A stretch of DNA of 64,000 bases. Origin: an uncultured Verrucomicrobiota bacterium. GTDB taxonomy: Bacteria; Verrucomicrobiota; Verrucomicrobiia; Limisphaerales; UBA9464. Under the pieces are notes generated by a model. It worked only from the letters and a program-made list of their open reading frames with translations, searched no databases and was not told where the DNA came from. The DNA lies in assembly GCA_903880005.1 (NCBI GenBank), contig CAIRNV010000316.1, positions 13,910 through 77,909 of the forward strand, given 5' to 3'. Below, piece by piece: positions 18,202 through 28,700 of the stretch (the stretch's first letter is position 1; each line of letters starts with the position of its first letter). The position numbers were made by a program, and so were the translations under genes.

Positions 18202-21200
18202 CTATTCCACCAACTCGACCTCGGTGGCACCGGGTGGTATGGGCTGGTTTCGGATGGCCTTGCCGGGCCAACGCACCTCGATGGCCTTGGCCTTCCATGG
18301 GTTGCCCAACACCGCGACGGGGGCGTCCACGGACCACCAACCCGACCCGCCATGCCACTCCCGGGCCGGGCCGCGTCCGCCGTCGTGGACGAGCCGCACC
18401 GCGGCCCCGTAACCCGAGGGATTGCCCCCTTGCCCCTTCAACCGGACGCGAAGGCCGCGCGCGGCGCGCACGTTGCGCCACAGGGTGGTGCCGGCCGCAT
18501 TCTGTGCCACCGCAAGGTCCACCCGGCCGTCGCCATCGAAGTCCGCGACGGCGGCGCCCCGACCCTCGCCATGGACCGCGACGCCCGTGGCCTCGTCGGG
18601 AAGCAACGTGCCCCGGCCGTCGTTCCGCAGCCACAGTCCACGCCCGGCATCCGTGCGCTGGACCATCGGCTGGGCCGAGGACCAGTTCTGGGACAGGAAC
18701 ACATCCTCGTCGCCGTCGCCGTCCATGTCCGCCACCACCACGCCGAAGACAGGCGAGCGCTGGGCGACGGGATGGAGGGGCTCCAGGTCGAAGGCATCGC
18801 CCCGGTTCAGGAGCACGGCGCTGTCGAGCCACTGGACCTCCAGACGGCGCAGCTTGGAGGCGGCGTCGCCCATCCACCCGGCGAGGTCCACCGCGGCAAA
18901 GGCGGCATGGGTCGGGAAGCGCTCGGCCCACGCGGGGAGGAACATGCGAAACATCGGCAGCTCCCGTTGCGGCCACTCGCGTCCGGTCCCGGGTTCGACC
19001 CATGCCTCAAGGGTTTCCACGCCACCGCCCCCCAGCTCCCCAAAGTACAGCCGTCGCGGCGCATCGGCCGACGCATGGAACGGGGTGTTTCGCCCCCAGT
19101 TGCCCAGCACGAGGTCCATTCGGCCATCGCCGTCGAGGTCGCCCGCCGTGACGCCGGTCCACCAACCGCTCCACCGGGCCTCCGACAGGACCTTGCCGCC
19201 GTGCCGCACGACGGGCTTCCACGGCACCAGCTTGCCGCCGTCGTTGCGTACGAACGCCGGGGCATCCCACTCGCGCGTGGCCACGAGGTCCGGGTCCCCG
19301 TCGCCGTCGAGGTCGCTGAAGCACGCGGCGGTGACCAAGCCCAGGGCATCAAGTCGTTGACGCGGGGCCAGCCGGCCGCCCGCCGTGGACAGGACCAGCG
19401 ACGACGCGGGCTCGGGATACCGACCGGCCACCACGCGTCCACCCACGAACACCTCCATCGCGCCGTCTCCATCCAGATCGGCGGTCGCGAGCGGCCCCGT
19501 GCTGAAGCCCGGGTTGAGGACGGCCTCGCCACTCACGCCGCGGGCAGGGTCGAGGATGCGAAGGGCGCCGCCGTTGGTCCTGCCGTCCTCATGGTTGGCG
19601 GACCCTGCGAACACGACCCCCATCAAGGGAACCAAGGTGGTCAGGTCGCGCCCGGCGGGCTTGTTGAAGGGCGCGGCATCCACCCGACGGAAGGTCCCGC
19701 CCGCCTCGCCCGCGAACACGCCCACCACGCCGCCCTTGCCCGTGCCCACGAGCAAGTCCTCGCGTCCGTCCCCGTTGATGTCCGCCCATGTCACCCCCGG
19801 CCCCAGCAAGGACAGACGATTGGGGAGCAAGGGCTGCCGCTCGAAGTCGTCGAAGGGCTCCTCGATGTGCGTGTGGGACAACCTCGCGGAGACATCCTCG
19901 AACCACGGTCCCTGGGAGGGCGCGGGCGCCGGGGCCGGTAGCGCGCCCTCATGCCCAATCTCCAGCCACCGCCCCGCCTGTGTGATCACCTCGGTGCGAC
20001 GACCATCCGGCCAATCCACGCGAACGCGGTGGGCGCCTTCCGTCGCCGCGAAGGTACGCGAGGGCGCCTCGCCCGAGAGGTACCGACCACCACCGATGAT
20101 TTGCGCTTGCTGGATGGGCAGCGTCGATCCCGTCGGCGGCAGCACCGTGACGCGGGCCCCGAGCCCGTGGCGATTGGAGGAAGGACCCTTCAATTGAACC
20201 CGAATCCGAGGCGCGCCGCCGTCATTGCGGTAGAGGCCGGGACTGGAAAACAACTCGTTCACCACCACGTCCATGTCGCCGTCGTTGTCGAGGTCCGCCG
20301 TCGCCATGCCCTGCGCGATCGATGCGTCGCCGAAACCCCATGGGGCGCCGACCTCCTCGAAGGTGGCGTCGCGGCGGTTGCGGAAGAGCAGCTTGGGCGT
20401 GACCAAGCGCGGCAAGGAACGCACGAGGTCGTCGATCTCCCGCTGCTTGAGGGCGCGGCCGCCGCGCTGCGCCGCCTGGATGCGCTCGGCGCCGTCGCTG
20501 TCCTGGAAGTCCCGGTGCTGGCCCGTCCCGACGAGGATGTCCTCGAATCCGTCGAGGTCCACGTCGAGGAAGACCGGACCCCACGACCATTCGCTCGCCT
20601 CCACGCCGGCTTGGTGGGCGACCTCGGCGAAGGTGCCGTCGCCGCGGCCCATTTGGAGCGTGTTGCGCTTCATCTGGACCCGGTCCTCAAAGAGGCCCGG
20701 GGGGCGCAGCTCCGGGGCCATGGCAGCGAGTTGCGTCTGCCGCCGGGAACGGACGCGGCTCAGCATGTCCACCGCCAGGAAGTCCTCGTGCCCATCGCGG
20801 TCGAGGTCCCCGAAGTCCACGCCCATCGAGAAGGTGGCGTTGTTGCGCAGCGCCCGGGTGCCCAGGGCGCGGAACCTGGGACGGCCACGGCTCGACTCGT
20901 TGACCCACATCCGGTCCGGCGTCCAGAGGTCGTTGCAGACGTAGAGGTCGGGGTCGCCGTCGTGGTCCACGTCATGGAACCGCGCAGCCAGCCCCCAGTC
21001 GCGCGGCGGTCCGGCGAGCTGCTTGCCGCCCTCGTCGAGGAACGTGCCGTCCGTCCAGGACGCCGCCGTGAATCGTCCCGTGCCGTCGTTGATCCAGAGG
21101 AAGTCGGGCTCGCCCGTCTCCTGGACCTGGCCGGACTCATCCACCAGGAAGCGATCCCGAAGGTCCGGCTCGGTGACGGGCCTGCCATCGACGGCGGCCA

Positions 21201-21903
21201 CGCGGGGGCGCCCCTCCGCCGTCTGCAACGTGAAGCGCGCGGTCGGGCGATCGAGGATTGTCGTGGGGCGAAAGTTCGTGACGTACAGGTCGATGTCGCC
21301 GTCGCCATCGACGTCGGCCAGCGCCATGGACATGGCGCCGCTGCGCGACCGCAGGCCGGCGGCGTCCGTGGACTCGGAGAACTTGCCTTGGCCGTCGTTG
21401 ACGAAGAGTCGCGTCCCGGCCCCGAGTCCGTGGACGATCAAGTCCATGTCTCCGTCGCCGTCGATGTCGGCAAAGGCCGCGCCGGTGGAGTCGTCGCCCA
21501 CGCATGCCAGGGCCGCGTTGCCCGGGGTGGTCGTCACGTCCTCGAAGCGCCAGCCGCCCCGGTTGCGGAACAATCGATTGTCGCTGTCCAGGCCGCAGAG
21601 GTACACGTCGCACCATCCGTCGCCGTCGATGTCCCCGAGCGCGACGCCCGCGCCGGACAAGAGGTTGCGGTTGGTGATGGAACGTTCGTCCGACAAGGCG
21701 TTGGTGAAGCCGATGCCCAGCGCGGCGGCGTTCAGCCGGACGAACCCCGGCGCATGGGGCGGCACGGGTGGAAGCATCTTCCACCGATGACCTTCGCCGG
21801 CTTGGAAACCATCCCCCCGTGCGGTCACAGCCGATGCGATGCCGAGGAGGAACAACCCCAGGTCCCGGATCGCGCGGGCGACGCCGGGCCAAGTCTTTCT
21901 CAT
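18202..21903 (-). CDS. FG-GAP/VCBS repeat protein with two ASPIC/UnbV-like modules (CRTAC1-family), paralogue 3
   Basis: 1233 aa from ATG 21903 (MRKTWPGVARAIRDLGLFLLGIASAVTARG). Many DxDGDGxxD repeats. NRHGLGARVTV...GGGRYLSGEAP in the first module and GNPSGYGAAVRL in the second. The start overlaps the upstream stop (ATGA 21900-21903). Confidence 0.85.
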   Translation of the reverse strand: MRKTWPGVARAIRDLGLFLLGIASAVTARGDGFQAGEGHRWKMLPPVPPHAPGFVRLNAAALGIGFTNALSDERSITNRNLLSGAGVALGDIDGDGWCDVYLCGLDSDNRLFRNRGGWRFEDVTTTPGNAALACVGDDSTGAAFADIDGDGDMDLIVHGLGAGTRLFVNDGQGKFSESTDAAGLRSRSGAMSMALADVDGDGDIDLYVTNFRPTTILDRPTARFTLQTAEGRPRVAAVDGRPVTEPDLRDRFLVDESGQVQETGEPDFLWINDGTGRFTAASWTDGTFLDEGGKQLAGPPRDWGLAARFHDVDHDGDPDLYVCNDLWTPDRMWVNESSRGRPRFRALGTRALRNNATFSMGVDFGDLDRDGHEDFLAVDMLSRVRSRRQTQLAAMAPELRPPGLFEDRVQMKRNTLQMGRGDGTFAEVAHQAGVEASEWSWGPVFLDVDLDGFEDILVGTGQHRDFQDSDGAERIQAAQRGGRALKQREIDDLVRSLPRLVTPKLLFRNRRDATFEEVGAPWGFGDASIAQGMATADLDNDGDMDVVVNELFSSPGLYRNDGGAPRIRVQLKGPSSNRHGLGARVTVLPPTGSTLPIQQAQIIGGGRYLSGEAPSRTFAATEGAHRVRVDWPDGRRTEVITQAGRWLEIGHEGALPAPAPAPSQGPWFEDVSARLSHTHIEEPFDDFERQPLLPNRLSLLGPGVTWADINGDGREDLLVGTGKGGVVGVFAGEAGGTFRRVDAAPFNKPAGRDLTTLVPLMGVVFAGSANHEDGRTNGGALRILDPARGVSGEAVLNPGFSTGPLATADLDGDGAMEVFVGGRVVAGRYPEPASSLVLSTAGGRLAPRQRLDALGLVTAACFSDLDGDGDPDLVATREWDAPAFVRNDGGKLVPWKPVVRHGGKVLSEARWSGWWTGVTAGDLDGDGRMDLVLGNWGRNTPFHASADAPRRLYFGELGGGGVETLEAWVEPGTGREWPQRELPMFRMFLPAWAERFPTHAAFAAVDLAGWMGDAASKLRRLEVQWLDSAVLLNRGDAFDLEPLHPVAQRSPVFGVVVADMDGDGDEDVFLSQNWSSAQPMVQRTDAGRGLWLRNDGRGTLLPDEATGVAVHGEGRGAAVADFDGDGRVDLAVAQNAAGTTLWRNVRAARGLRVRLKGQGGNPSGYGAAVRLVHDGGRGPAREWHGGSGWWSVDAPVAVLGNPWKAKAIEVRWPGKAIRNQPIPPGATEVELVE

Positions 21904-24900
21904 CGCTCCACCTCCGGGCTGCCCTCGAAGGGAACGCGCAACCCCGCAACGGACGCCTCCACGGGGATCCGTTGCACACGGCCACCGGGCCACGTCACCT
22001 CCAGCACGCCGTCACCCCCGACGGGCCTCGCCACCACGCGGATGGCGGAATCCGAGCCCCCATGGCCGCCGCCCAGCCTCCATTCCCGCGCGGGACCCGG
22101 AGCGCCCGAGGGGCCGAGCCACCGGACCCGCGCGCCGACAGCCCACGGGTTGCCTGCGGCCCCTTGGAGACGCACCCGAAGCCCCGCCCTTCCACCCCGG
22201 TTGCGAAAGGCGCGCACGGCGCCGTCCTGCGTGGTCATGAAGACGTCGGGGCGGCCGTCCCCGTCCGGGTCGGCCACGGCGACGGCGCGGCCCTCGCCCT
22301 CGACTCGCACGCCCGAGGCCTTGGGATCCAAGGGTTGGAAGCCACCGGAGCCATCCCCGATGAGCACCAGTCCGAGGCCGCCGTCATCGCGGGTCTGGCC
22401 ATAGTTCTGGTGAAAGTCGTTCTGGGCGATGAACACGTCCTCTCGCCCGTCCCCATTGAAGTCCGCGACGGCGATGCCCCACGACACGGTCCATGTCGCG
22501 GGCAAGGGCAGCGGACGCACTTCCCAATGCTGGGGTCGGTTGAGCAGGAGGACCGGATCGGCCCAACGCACGACCACGCGCCGCATCCTCGGCGCATGGG
22601 GCCCGAGAACGGCGGCCATGTCGGCCTCGGCGAAGGCCCGGTGCGACTTGAACCGTTCCCGGAGCTCGGGCACGGCGGCGGACAGCGTCCCGAGGCCTTG
22701 CGTGGGCCACCATGCGGCCAAGCCCGCGTCGTCCGACACACCGGGCTTGCGATAGGCCATGAAGACATCCTCGGAGCCGTCGCCATCGACGTCGCCATGG
22801 TAGGCCGCGATGGGCCACCCGAAGACCTCCTGGTAGGTGTTCCGCCCGCGATTGCCGAGGATGAGATCCATCGTGCCGTCGCCATCCATGTCCCCGGCCG
22901 TGACCGAGGTCCACCAGCCCGTCATGGCGTCGTTGGGCAGCGTCTTGCCTTGATGAACAAAGGGCCGCACCCACGGCTCCATGCGCGTGCCCTCCCTCCG
23001 GAAGACGCGGGGCTCGGCCCCTTCCGCCGCGACCGCCAGCTCCACGTGGCCGTCGCCGTCGAGGTCGGAGAACACGGCGCCCGTCACCAACCCGGCGTTC
23101 GTCAGCACCTGCCGGACCACGAACGCCCCGTTTGTCGGCGTCACCCACGCGGACGAAGGCATGCGCGGCCACCTTCCCGGGATGCAACGCGCGCCCACGA
23201 AGACGTCGGCCACCCCGTCGCCGTCGGCGTCGCCAATGGCCAGGGTGCCCGTGGCGTTGGCGCCGGAGGACAAGGTGGCCGCCGAACCAGGCCACGTGCG
23301 GAGCGAAGGCCCATTGGGGGTCCCCTCGTGATAGGACGACTCGGCGACCAGCAGGCCGCCGTGCCATGGGAGAACGACGGGCTGCCATCGCGTCGAGGGC
23401 ACGTTGGTCACCACCTCGAACCCAAAGTCTGGCCTGGATCGTGCCACGCGCATGCCGCCACCCGCGGCGGCCGCCAGGACCAATTCCTCCCGCCCGTCCC
23501 CATCGATGTCCGCCCACGCCAGCCCCGAGCCCTCGGCCGCGATGCGACGCGGCATCAAGGGTTGTCGAATCAGCTCGTCGAACGGCTCGCCGGGCATCTG
23601 GGGTGGCATCGCGGACGACACGTCCTCGAACAACGGCAGGGGCTTTGCCGGCCTGTCCTGCGGCGGCGATGACACCGAGGCGGCGTGCGCCAGCTCGCAG
23701 AGCTGGTTGGATGCCGTCGTGGAGGCAACCGAGCGACGTCCGTCGGGCCAACGCACCGTGACCGTCCATGGACCGGCACCGGGCGCGGCGAAGGTCCGCA
23801 GGGGGGCATCCCCGCCCAGGTAACGCCCGCCCGCCGACATCTCTTGTGAAGGCGGTGCAACGCCGGGGGGAGCGTCGGCCGACGTCACCGTGATCCGCGC
23901 GCCGATGCCGTGCCGGTTGGATTCCGGCCCGGACAGCCGCACGGCGATCCGGGGCGCGGCGGCGTCGTTGCGGAACAGCGACGGCGCGGCGTTGAGATGG
24001 TTCACGACCACGTCGAGGTCGCCGTCGCCATCGAGGTCGGCGAGGCAGAGGCCGTGGGAGACGAGGCCGACGTCGAAGCCCCACTCCTTGGCGTGCTCCA
24101 CGAAGCGCCCGTGGTCGTTGCGGAAGGCCACCAGCGGGGGCTCCAGCCGCGGGTACTGCCTGCGTGCGGCGAACAGCTCGGCGTCGCTCATGCGTCGTTG
24201 CTGCCGCTGGCGCCTGAGGGCCGCCGCGACATCCAAGTCACGCGCGGCCCGCCATTGGCCCGTGGTGACCAACACGTCGTCCCACCCGTCCAGGTCCACG
24301 TCGAGGAAGGCCGGGCACCAGGACCATTCGCTCGCCTGAAGGCCGGCGAAGGCGGCCGCCTCGACGAACGTGCCGTCGCCCCGGCCCAGTTGCAGCGTGT
24401 TGGCCTCGTGCTGCGTGGTGGCCATGGGGTCCGAGCGCTCGGACTCGGCCGCCGGGGCATCTTCGAGCTGCGTGAGGCGCTGGACGTGCGACCGCGACAA
24501 CATGTCGAGCACGAGCAGGTCCGCGTGGCCGTCGCGGTTCACGTCGGCTGCGTCCACACCCATCGAGAAGCGGCTGGTGTGCCGCAGGGCTCCCGGGGGC
24601 GCGGCCCGCAGGCGCACCTGGCCCGGCCGACTCTCGTTCAGCCAGAGCCGGTCGGGGCTTTGGAAGTCATTGCAGACGTAGAGGTCTGGTCGCCCGTCCC
24701 CGTCCAGGTCATGGAAGATCGCGGACAAGCCCCAGTCCAACGGCGGGCCGTCCAGCGGCGAGCCGTCGGCCTGGACAAACGCGCCCGACGTCCACGGGAC
24801 CTCCGCCCAATTCGTGCCCCCCAGGTTTCGCAGGAGCACGTCCGGTTCCCCCAGTTCCTCCACCCCGCCGCGGGCGTTCACCACGAAGCGTTGGGCGAGG

Positions 24901-25736
24901 TCGGGCTCGGTGGTCGGGCGTCCGTCCACCGAGTCCACCACGGTCTTGCCGCCCACGACCTTGAAGGTTGCCCGCGCGTTGGGCATGTCCATCAAGGCGC
25001 GGGCCCGGTAGTTCACGAGGTACAGGTCCAGCCACCCGTCGCCATCGATGTCGGCGACCGCCACCGAGTGCCCGCCCCGCCCCGCGTTGAACGAGGCCCA
25101 CGGCGAGAAGTTGCCCTTGGCGTCGTTGCGCAGGAGATGCGTCCCCTGCCCGTGCGAGCTCACCACCAACTCCGGCGCGCCATCGCCCGTGAAATCGGCG
25201 AGGACGCAGCCCGTGGCGTCGAGCGTCGCCAGCGCGGGAACGCCCGAGAGGAACGACTGCGTGCGGTCCTCGAATTGCAGGGCGCCCAGGTTCCTGAAAA
25301 GACGGATGCCTCCCCCGAGGGCCGTGAGGAACACGTCCAGGCGGCCGTCGCCGTCGATGTCGCCCGCCGTGACCCCGCCACCATCAAGGAGCAGTTGGTT
25401 GGTCAGGTGTCGGGATTCCGGGACGAAGTTGGTGAAGGCAAGGCCGGTTTGGCCGGCGACGAGACGGGTGAAGCCGGGGCGCGAGTTCGTGGCGGGCACG
25501 GCGAGGGCCGACCAACGGACCCCTTGTGCACGACCGACGTCGGCCGCCAGCAGCCACGCCATCCACGGGAGCCACGCCACCCACCACCTCCATGCGCAGG
25601 GCGAGGAGCGAGCGAGGCGCGGGCCTGAGCGAGGCCCGTAACGAGCGAACGACGAAGTCCCTGCGGAAGAAGATCCAGCCAGCACGACCGACCCAGTCGA
25701 ATCGTCCCGGCCACGTTGAGTGAGGTCCGCGTTCAT
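21900..25736 (-). CDS. FG-GAP/VCBS repeat protein with two ASPIC/UnbV-like modules, paralogue 2 (start uncertain)
   Basis: Colinear with its two neighbours (NRHGIGARITV...AGGRYLGGDAP; GNPWAVGARVRW). ATG 25736 overlaps the upstream stop (ATGA), but codons ~9-48 are then read from repeat copy A3. Alternative starts are GTG 25580 or ATG 25562, just before the hydrophobic WLPWMAWLLAADVGRAQG segment. Confidence 0.75.
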   Translation of the reverse strand: MNADLTQRGRDDSTGSVVLAGSSSAGTSSFARYGPRSGPRLARSSPCAWRWWVAWLPWMAWLLAADVGRAQGVRWSALAVPATNSRPGFTRLVAGQTGLAFTNFVPESRHLTNQLLLDGGGVTAGDIDGDGRLDVFLTALGGGIRLFRNLGALQFEDRTQSFLSGVPALATLDATGCVLADFTGDGAPELVVSSHGQGTHLLRNDAKGNFSPWASFNAGRGGHSVAVADIDGDGWLDLYLVNYRARALMDMPNARATFKVVGGKTVVDSVDGRPTTEPDLAQRFVVNARGGVEELGEPDVLLRNLGGTNWAEVPWTSGAFVQADGSPLDGPPLDWGLSAIFHDLDGDGRPDLYVCNDFQSPDRLWLNESRPGQVRLRAAPPGALRHTSRFSMGVDAADVNRDGHADLLVLDMLSRSHVQRLTQLEDAPAAESERSDPMATTQHEANTLQLGRGDGTFVEAAAFAGLQASEWSWCPAFLDVDLDGWDDVLVTTGQWRAARDLDVAAALRRQRQQRRMSDAELFAARRQYPRLEPPLVAFRNDHGRFVEHAKEWGFDVGLVSHGLCLADLDGDGDLDVVVNHLNAAPSLFRNDAAAPRIAVRLSGPESNRHGIGARITVTSADAPPGVAPPSQEMSAGGRYLGGDAPLRTFAAPGAGPWTVTVRWPDGRRSVASTTASNQLCELAHAASVSSPPQDRPAKPLPLFEDVSSAMPPQMPGEPFDELIRQPLMPRRIAAEGSGLAWADIDGDGREELVLAAAAGGGMRVARSRPDFGFEVVTNVPSTRWQPVVLPWHGGLLVAESSYHEGTPNGPSLRTWPGSAATLSSGANATGTLAIGDADGDGVADVFVGARCIPGRWPRMPSSAWVTPTNGAFVVRQVLTNAGLVTGAVFSDLDGDGHVELAVAAEGAEPRVFRREGTRMEPWVRPFVHQGKTLPNDAMTGWWTSVTAGDMDGDGTMDLILGNRGRNTYQEVFGWPIAAYHGDVDGDGSEDVFMAYRKPGVSDDAGLAAWWPTQGLGTLSAAVPELRERFKSHRAFAEADMAAVLGPHAPRMRRVVVRWADPVLLLNRPQHWEVRPLPLPATWTVSWGIAVADFNGDGREDVFIAQNDFHQNYGQTRDDGGLGLVLIGDGSGGFQPLDPKASGVRVEGEGRAVAVADPDGDGRPDVFMTTQDGAVRAFRNRGGRAGLRVRLQGAAGNPWAVGARVRWLGPSGAPGPAREWRLGGGHGGSDSAIRVVARPVGGDGVLEVTWPGGRVQRIPVEASVAGLRVPFEGSPEVER
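25593..25712 (+). repeat. Palindromic intergenic element family A, copy A3 (left arm missing)
   Basis: gcgcagggcgaggagcgagcgaggcgcgggcc tgagcg aggcccgtaacgagcgaacgacgaag...agcacgaccgacccagtcgaatcgtcccggcc. Only the centre and right arm are present. Confidence 0.65.
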
Positions 25737-28700
25737 GGGGCGGGAGCCTTCACCTCCACGGACCGCGCCCCGGCGGCGACCTCCGTGCGACTCACGCGTC
25801 CGCCAGGCCACCGGACCTCGACTTGCCCGGCTCCCCCGCCCGTTGAAATGACCAGCGTGGGCGACGGACTGCTCCACCAACCGCCGCCCATGCGCACGCA
25901 TTGCCAAGGGCCCGGCTTGCCGCCCGCGTGCCACCGGATGACGGCACCCAAGCCGAACGGGTTGGAACCGCCACCCGCCAACGACACGCGCAAGCCCGGC
26001 GTCCCCCGCACGTTGCGGAACAACCGCAACGCCGCCCCGTTCTGGGCTGCTGCCACGTCGATCCGGCCGTCCGCATCCCAGTCGGCCGTCGCCACGCCGC
26101 GACCCTCGCCATGGAGGGCCACGCCCGAGGCCGCGGGCGACAGCGCGCGGAAGCCCCCCTTGCCATCGCCCCGAAGCACAACACCACATCCGCCGTCCTG
26201 GCGTCCCTCCTCGGGATGCACCGCGAAGACGTTTTGGGTGAGCACCACGTCCAGGTGGCCGTCGCCGTCGAGGTCAGCGACCGCCACGCCGAAGACGGGT
26301 GACGACTGGGCCTCCACGGGCAACGGCCGTGCCTCGAAGCGTCCACCGCGGTTCAGCAACACCAACGACTCGGAGCAACGGGCCACCCAAGGGGCCTGAG
26401 TCCGTGCCGGGGGAGCCAGCAGGTCGGCCACCTTGGCGGCCCCGAACCGGGCATGGCTGGGGAACCGCTCACGCATCCCAGGCCAAGCCGCCGCCAGCGA
26501 ATCCAGCCGCCGCACCGGCCGCTCCTCGCCGTCCTCGCCCACGTACGATTCCAGCGGCAGCGGCGGGCCACCTTCCACGACGTGGACGAGGTGGAGGCGT
26601 CGCGGACGCGCCGGGGTGGCCGACGTCGGAAAATGGTTCAACCCCGCATTGCCCACGACGAGGTCGAGGAGCCCGTCCCCGTCCAAGTCCCCGGCCGCCA
26701 CGCCGCCCCACCAACCGGTTCGCTCCTCGAGTCCCCATTCGCGCGTGCGCTCCACCCAGCGCCCCTCGTGCAGGGAGAGGATTCGGACCGGCCCCCATTC
26801 CGTTGCCAGCACCAACTCGCTGCGGCCGTCGTTGTCGAGGTCCGCCCACGTCGCGTCCTGGACCGGCGACGACGAGGGGATGCGCTGGACGGGAGTGAAG
26901 CGACCACCCGCCGCACGCACGACCAACGAGTCGGTCGCGGCCGGGTATCCAGCAGGCACGGCGCGTCCCCCGATGAAGACCTCGAGCCCGGGCTCGCCGT
27001 CGGCGTCGGCGATCGCCAACGGCCCGGTCGTCACCCCTTGGCCGACCAAGGCCTCCCCGGAGACGCGCCGGGACAAGTCCATCACCCTGAGGCAACCGCC
27101 GTTCGTGGACCCGTCCTCGTAGTTGGACGAGCCCGCAAGGATGACGGGCGGGAACCAGAGCATGGCCGTCAGGTCGCGCCCCACGGGTTTCTGGAGCGGT
27201 GGTTCCATCCAACGTTGGAACCCGCCCTTCCCGTCCCCGAGGAACACCCCCGGCAATCCCCCGGCACCCGAGCCCACGAGCAGGTCGTCGTGGCCGTCGC
27301 CATTGACGTCCGCCCAGGTCACGCCAGGCCCGTCCTGGGAGCCATTTCGGGACAGCAGGGGCTGGCGCGCCGCGTCGTCGAACGGTCCCTCGTGATGCCG
27401 GAAGGCCACGCGATCCGAGACATCCTCGAACCAGGGCGGGACGGGATCCGCCCCGCCGGTGGCCGGGGTGGCATCGGCCTCGCGCAGGAGGATCACCTGC
27501 CCCGGGACGGCCTGTCGGGCGCGGGTGACCTTGCCCGAGCGCCACGTCACCTCGACGTCGAGCGCGGCGGCCTTGCCTGAGGCGAAGACGCGGAGGGGCT
27601 CGTCCGAGGACAGGTAACGGCCGCCCGCGATCACTTCCTGCCATTGAACGTCCACCGGGCCGCCGCGGACGCGGACCTGGGCCCCCACGCCGAAGGTGTT
27701 GGGCGGAAGGCCTGCGAGGCGGACGGCCAGTCGGGGCTCGGTGGCGTCGTTGCGAAACAACGTGGGCGACGCGTTCAGGTTGTTCACCACGAGGTCCAGG
27801 TCGCCGTCGCCGTCGAGGTCGGCCGCCGCCATGCCATGTCCCACCTGGGGCACGTCAAAGCCCCACGTGCGCGAGGCGTCCTCGAAGCGGAGGCCGCCAA
27901 GGTTGCGGAACGCGGCATGGGGCGTGTTGAGGCGTGGGAAGGCCTTGCGAAGGCCCAGTTGCTCCGCCGCGGACATGCGACGCGACGCCTTGGCCTTCTC
28001 GGCCTCGTCGCTCACGTCGATGTCCATCATGTCGAGCTCGTGGCCATTCGAGACGAGCAGGTCCTCCCAACCGTCCAGGTCCACGTCGAGGAAGAGGGGC
28101 GTCCAAGACCATTCACTGGCGGCGACGCCCGCCATGCGGCCCACCTCGACGAACAGGCCGCCGCCCAGGCCTCGCTGGAGGGTGTTCCGCGAGAACTGGG
28201 GCCGGTCCTCGAAGACGCCCGGCTGCGACATGCTGGGCGGCAGGCCCGCCACCTGCACGTTTCGGCGCCGGTGATCGCGGCTCAGCATGTCCGCGACGAA
28301 GAAGTCCATGATGCCGTCGCGATCCACGTCCGCCGCGTCCACGCCCATCGAGAACGCGCTCGTGTTGCGCAGGGCGAGCGTGGAGGCGGCCTGGAGACGC
28401 AGCGGCGAGCCCGCCCGCGTGCGGTTGATCCAAAACCGGTCCGGCGACTGGAAGTCATTGCAGACGTAAAGGTCGGGCAACCCGTCGCCCGTCAGGTCGC
28501 GGATGACGACGCTCAGGCCCCAGTCCAGCAACGGCCCCGGCAATGGCGACCCGTCCTCGTCCACGAACACGCCGTCGCCCCATCCCACCGGCGCGAGTCG
28601 TCCCTTGCCATCGTTGAGAAGCAGGACGTCGGCCTCGCCGTTCTCCACCACCCCGGCCGGCCCCATGGAGAAGCGCCCGGCCAGGTCGTCGTCGGTCGTC

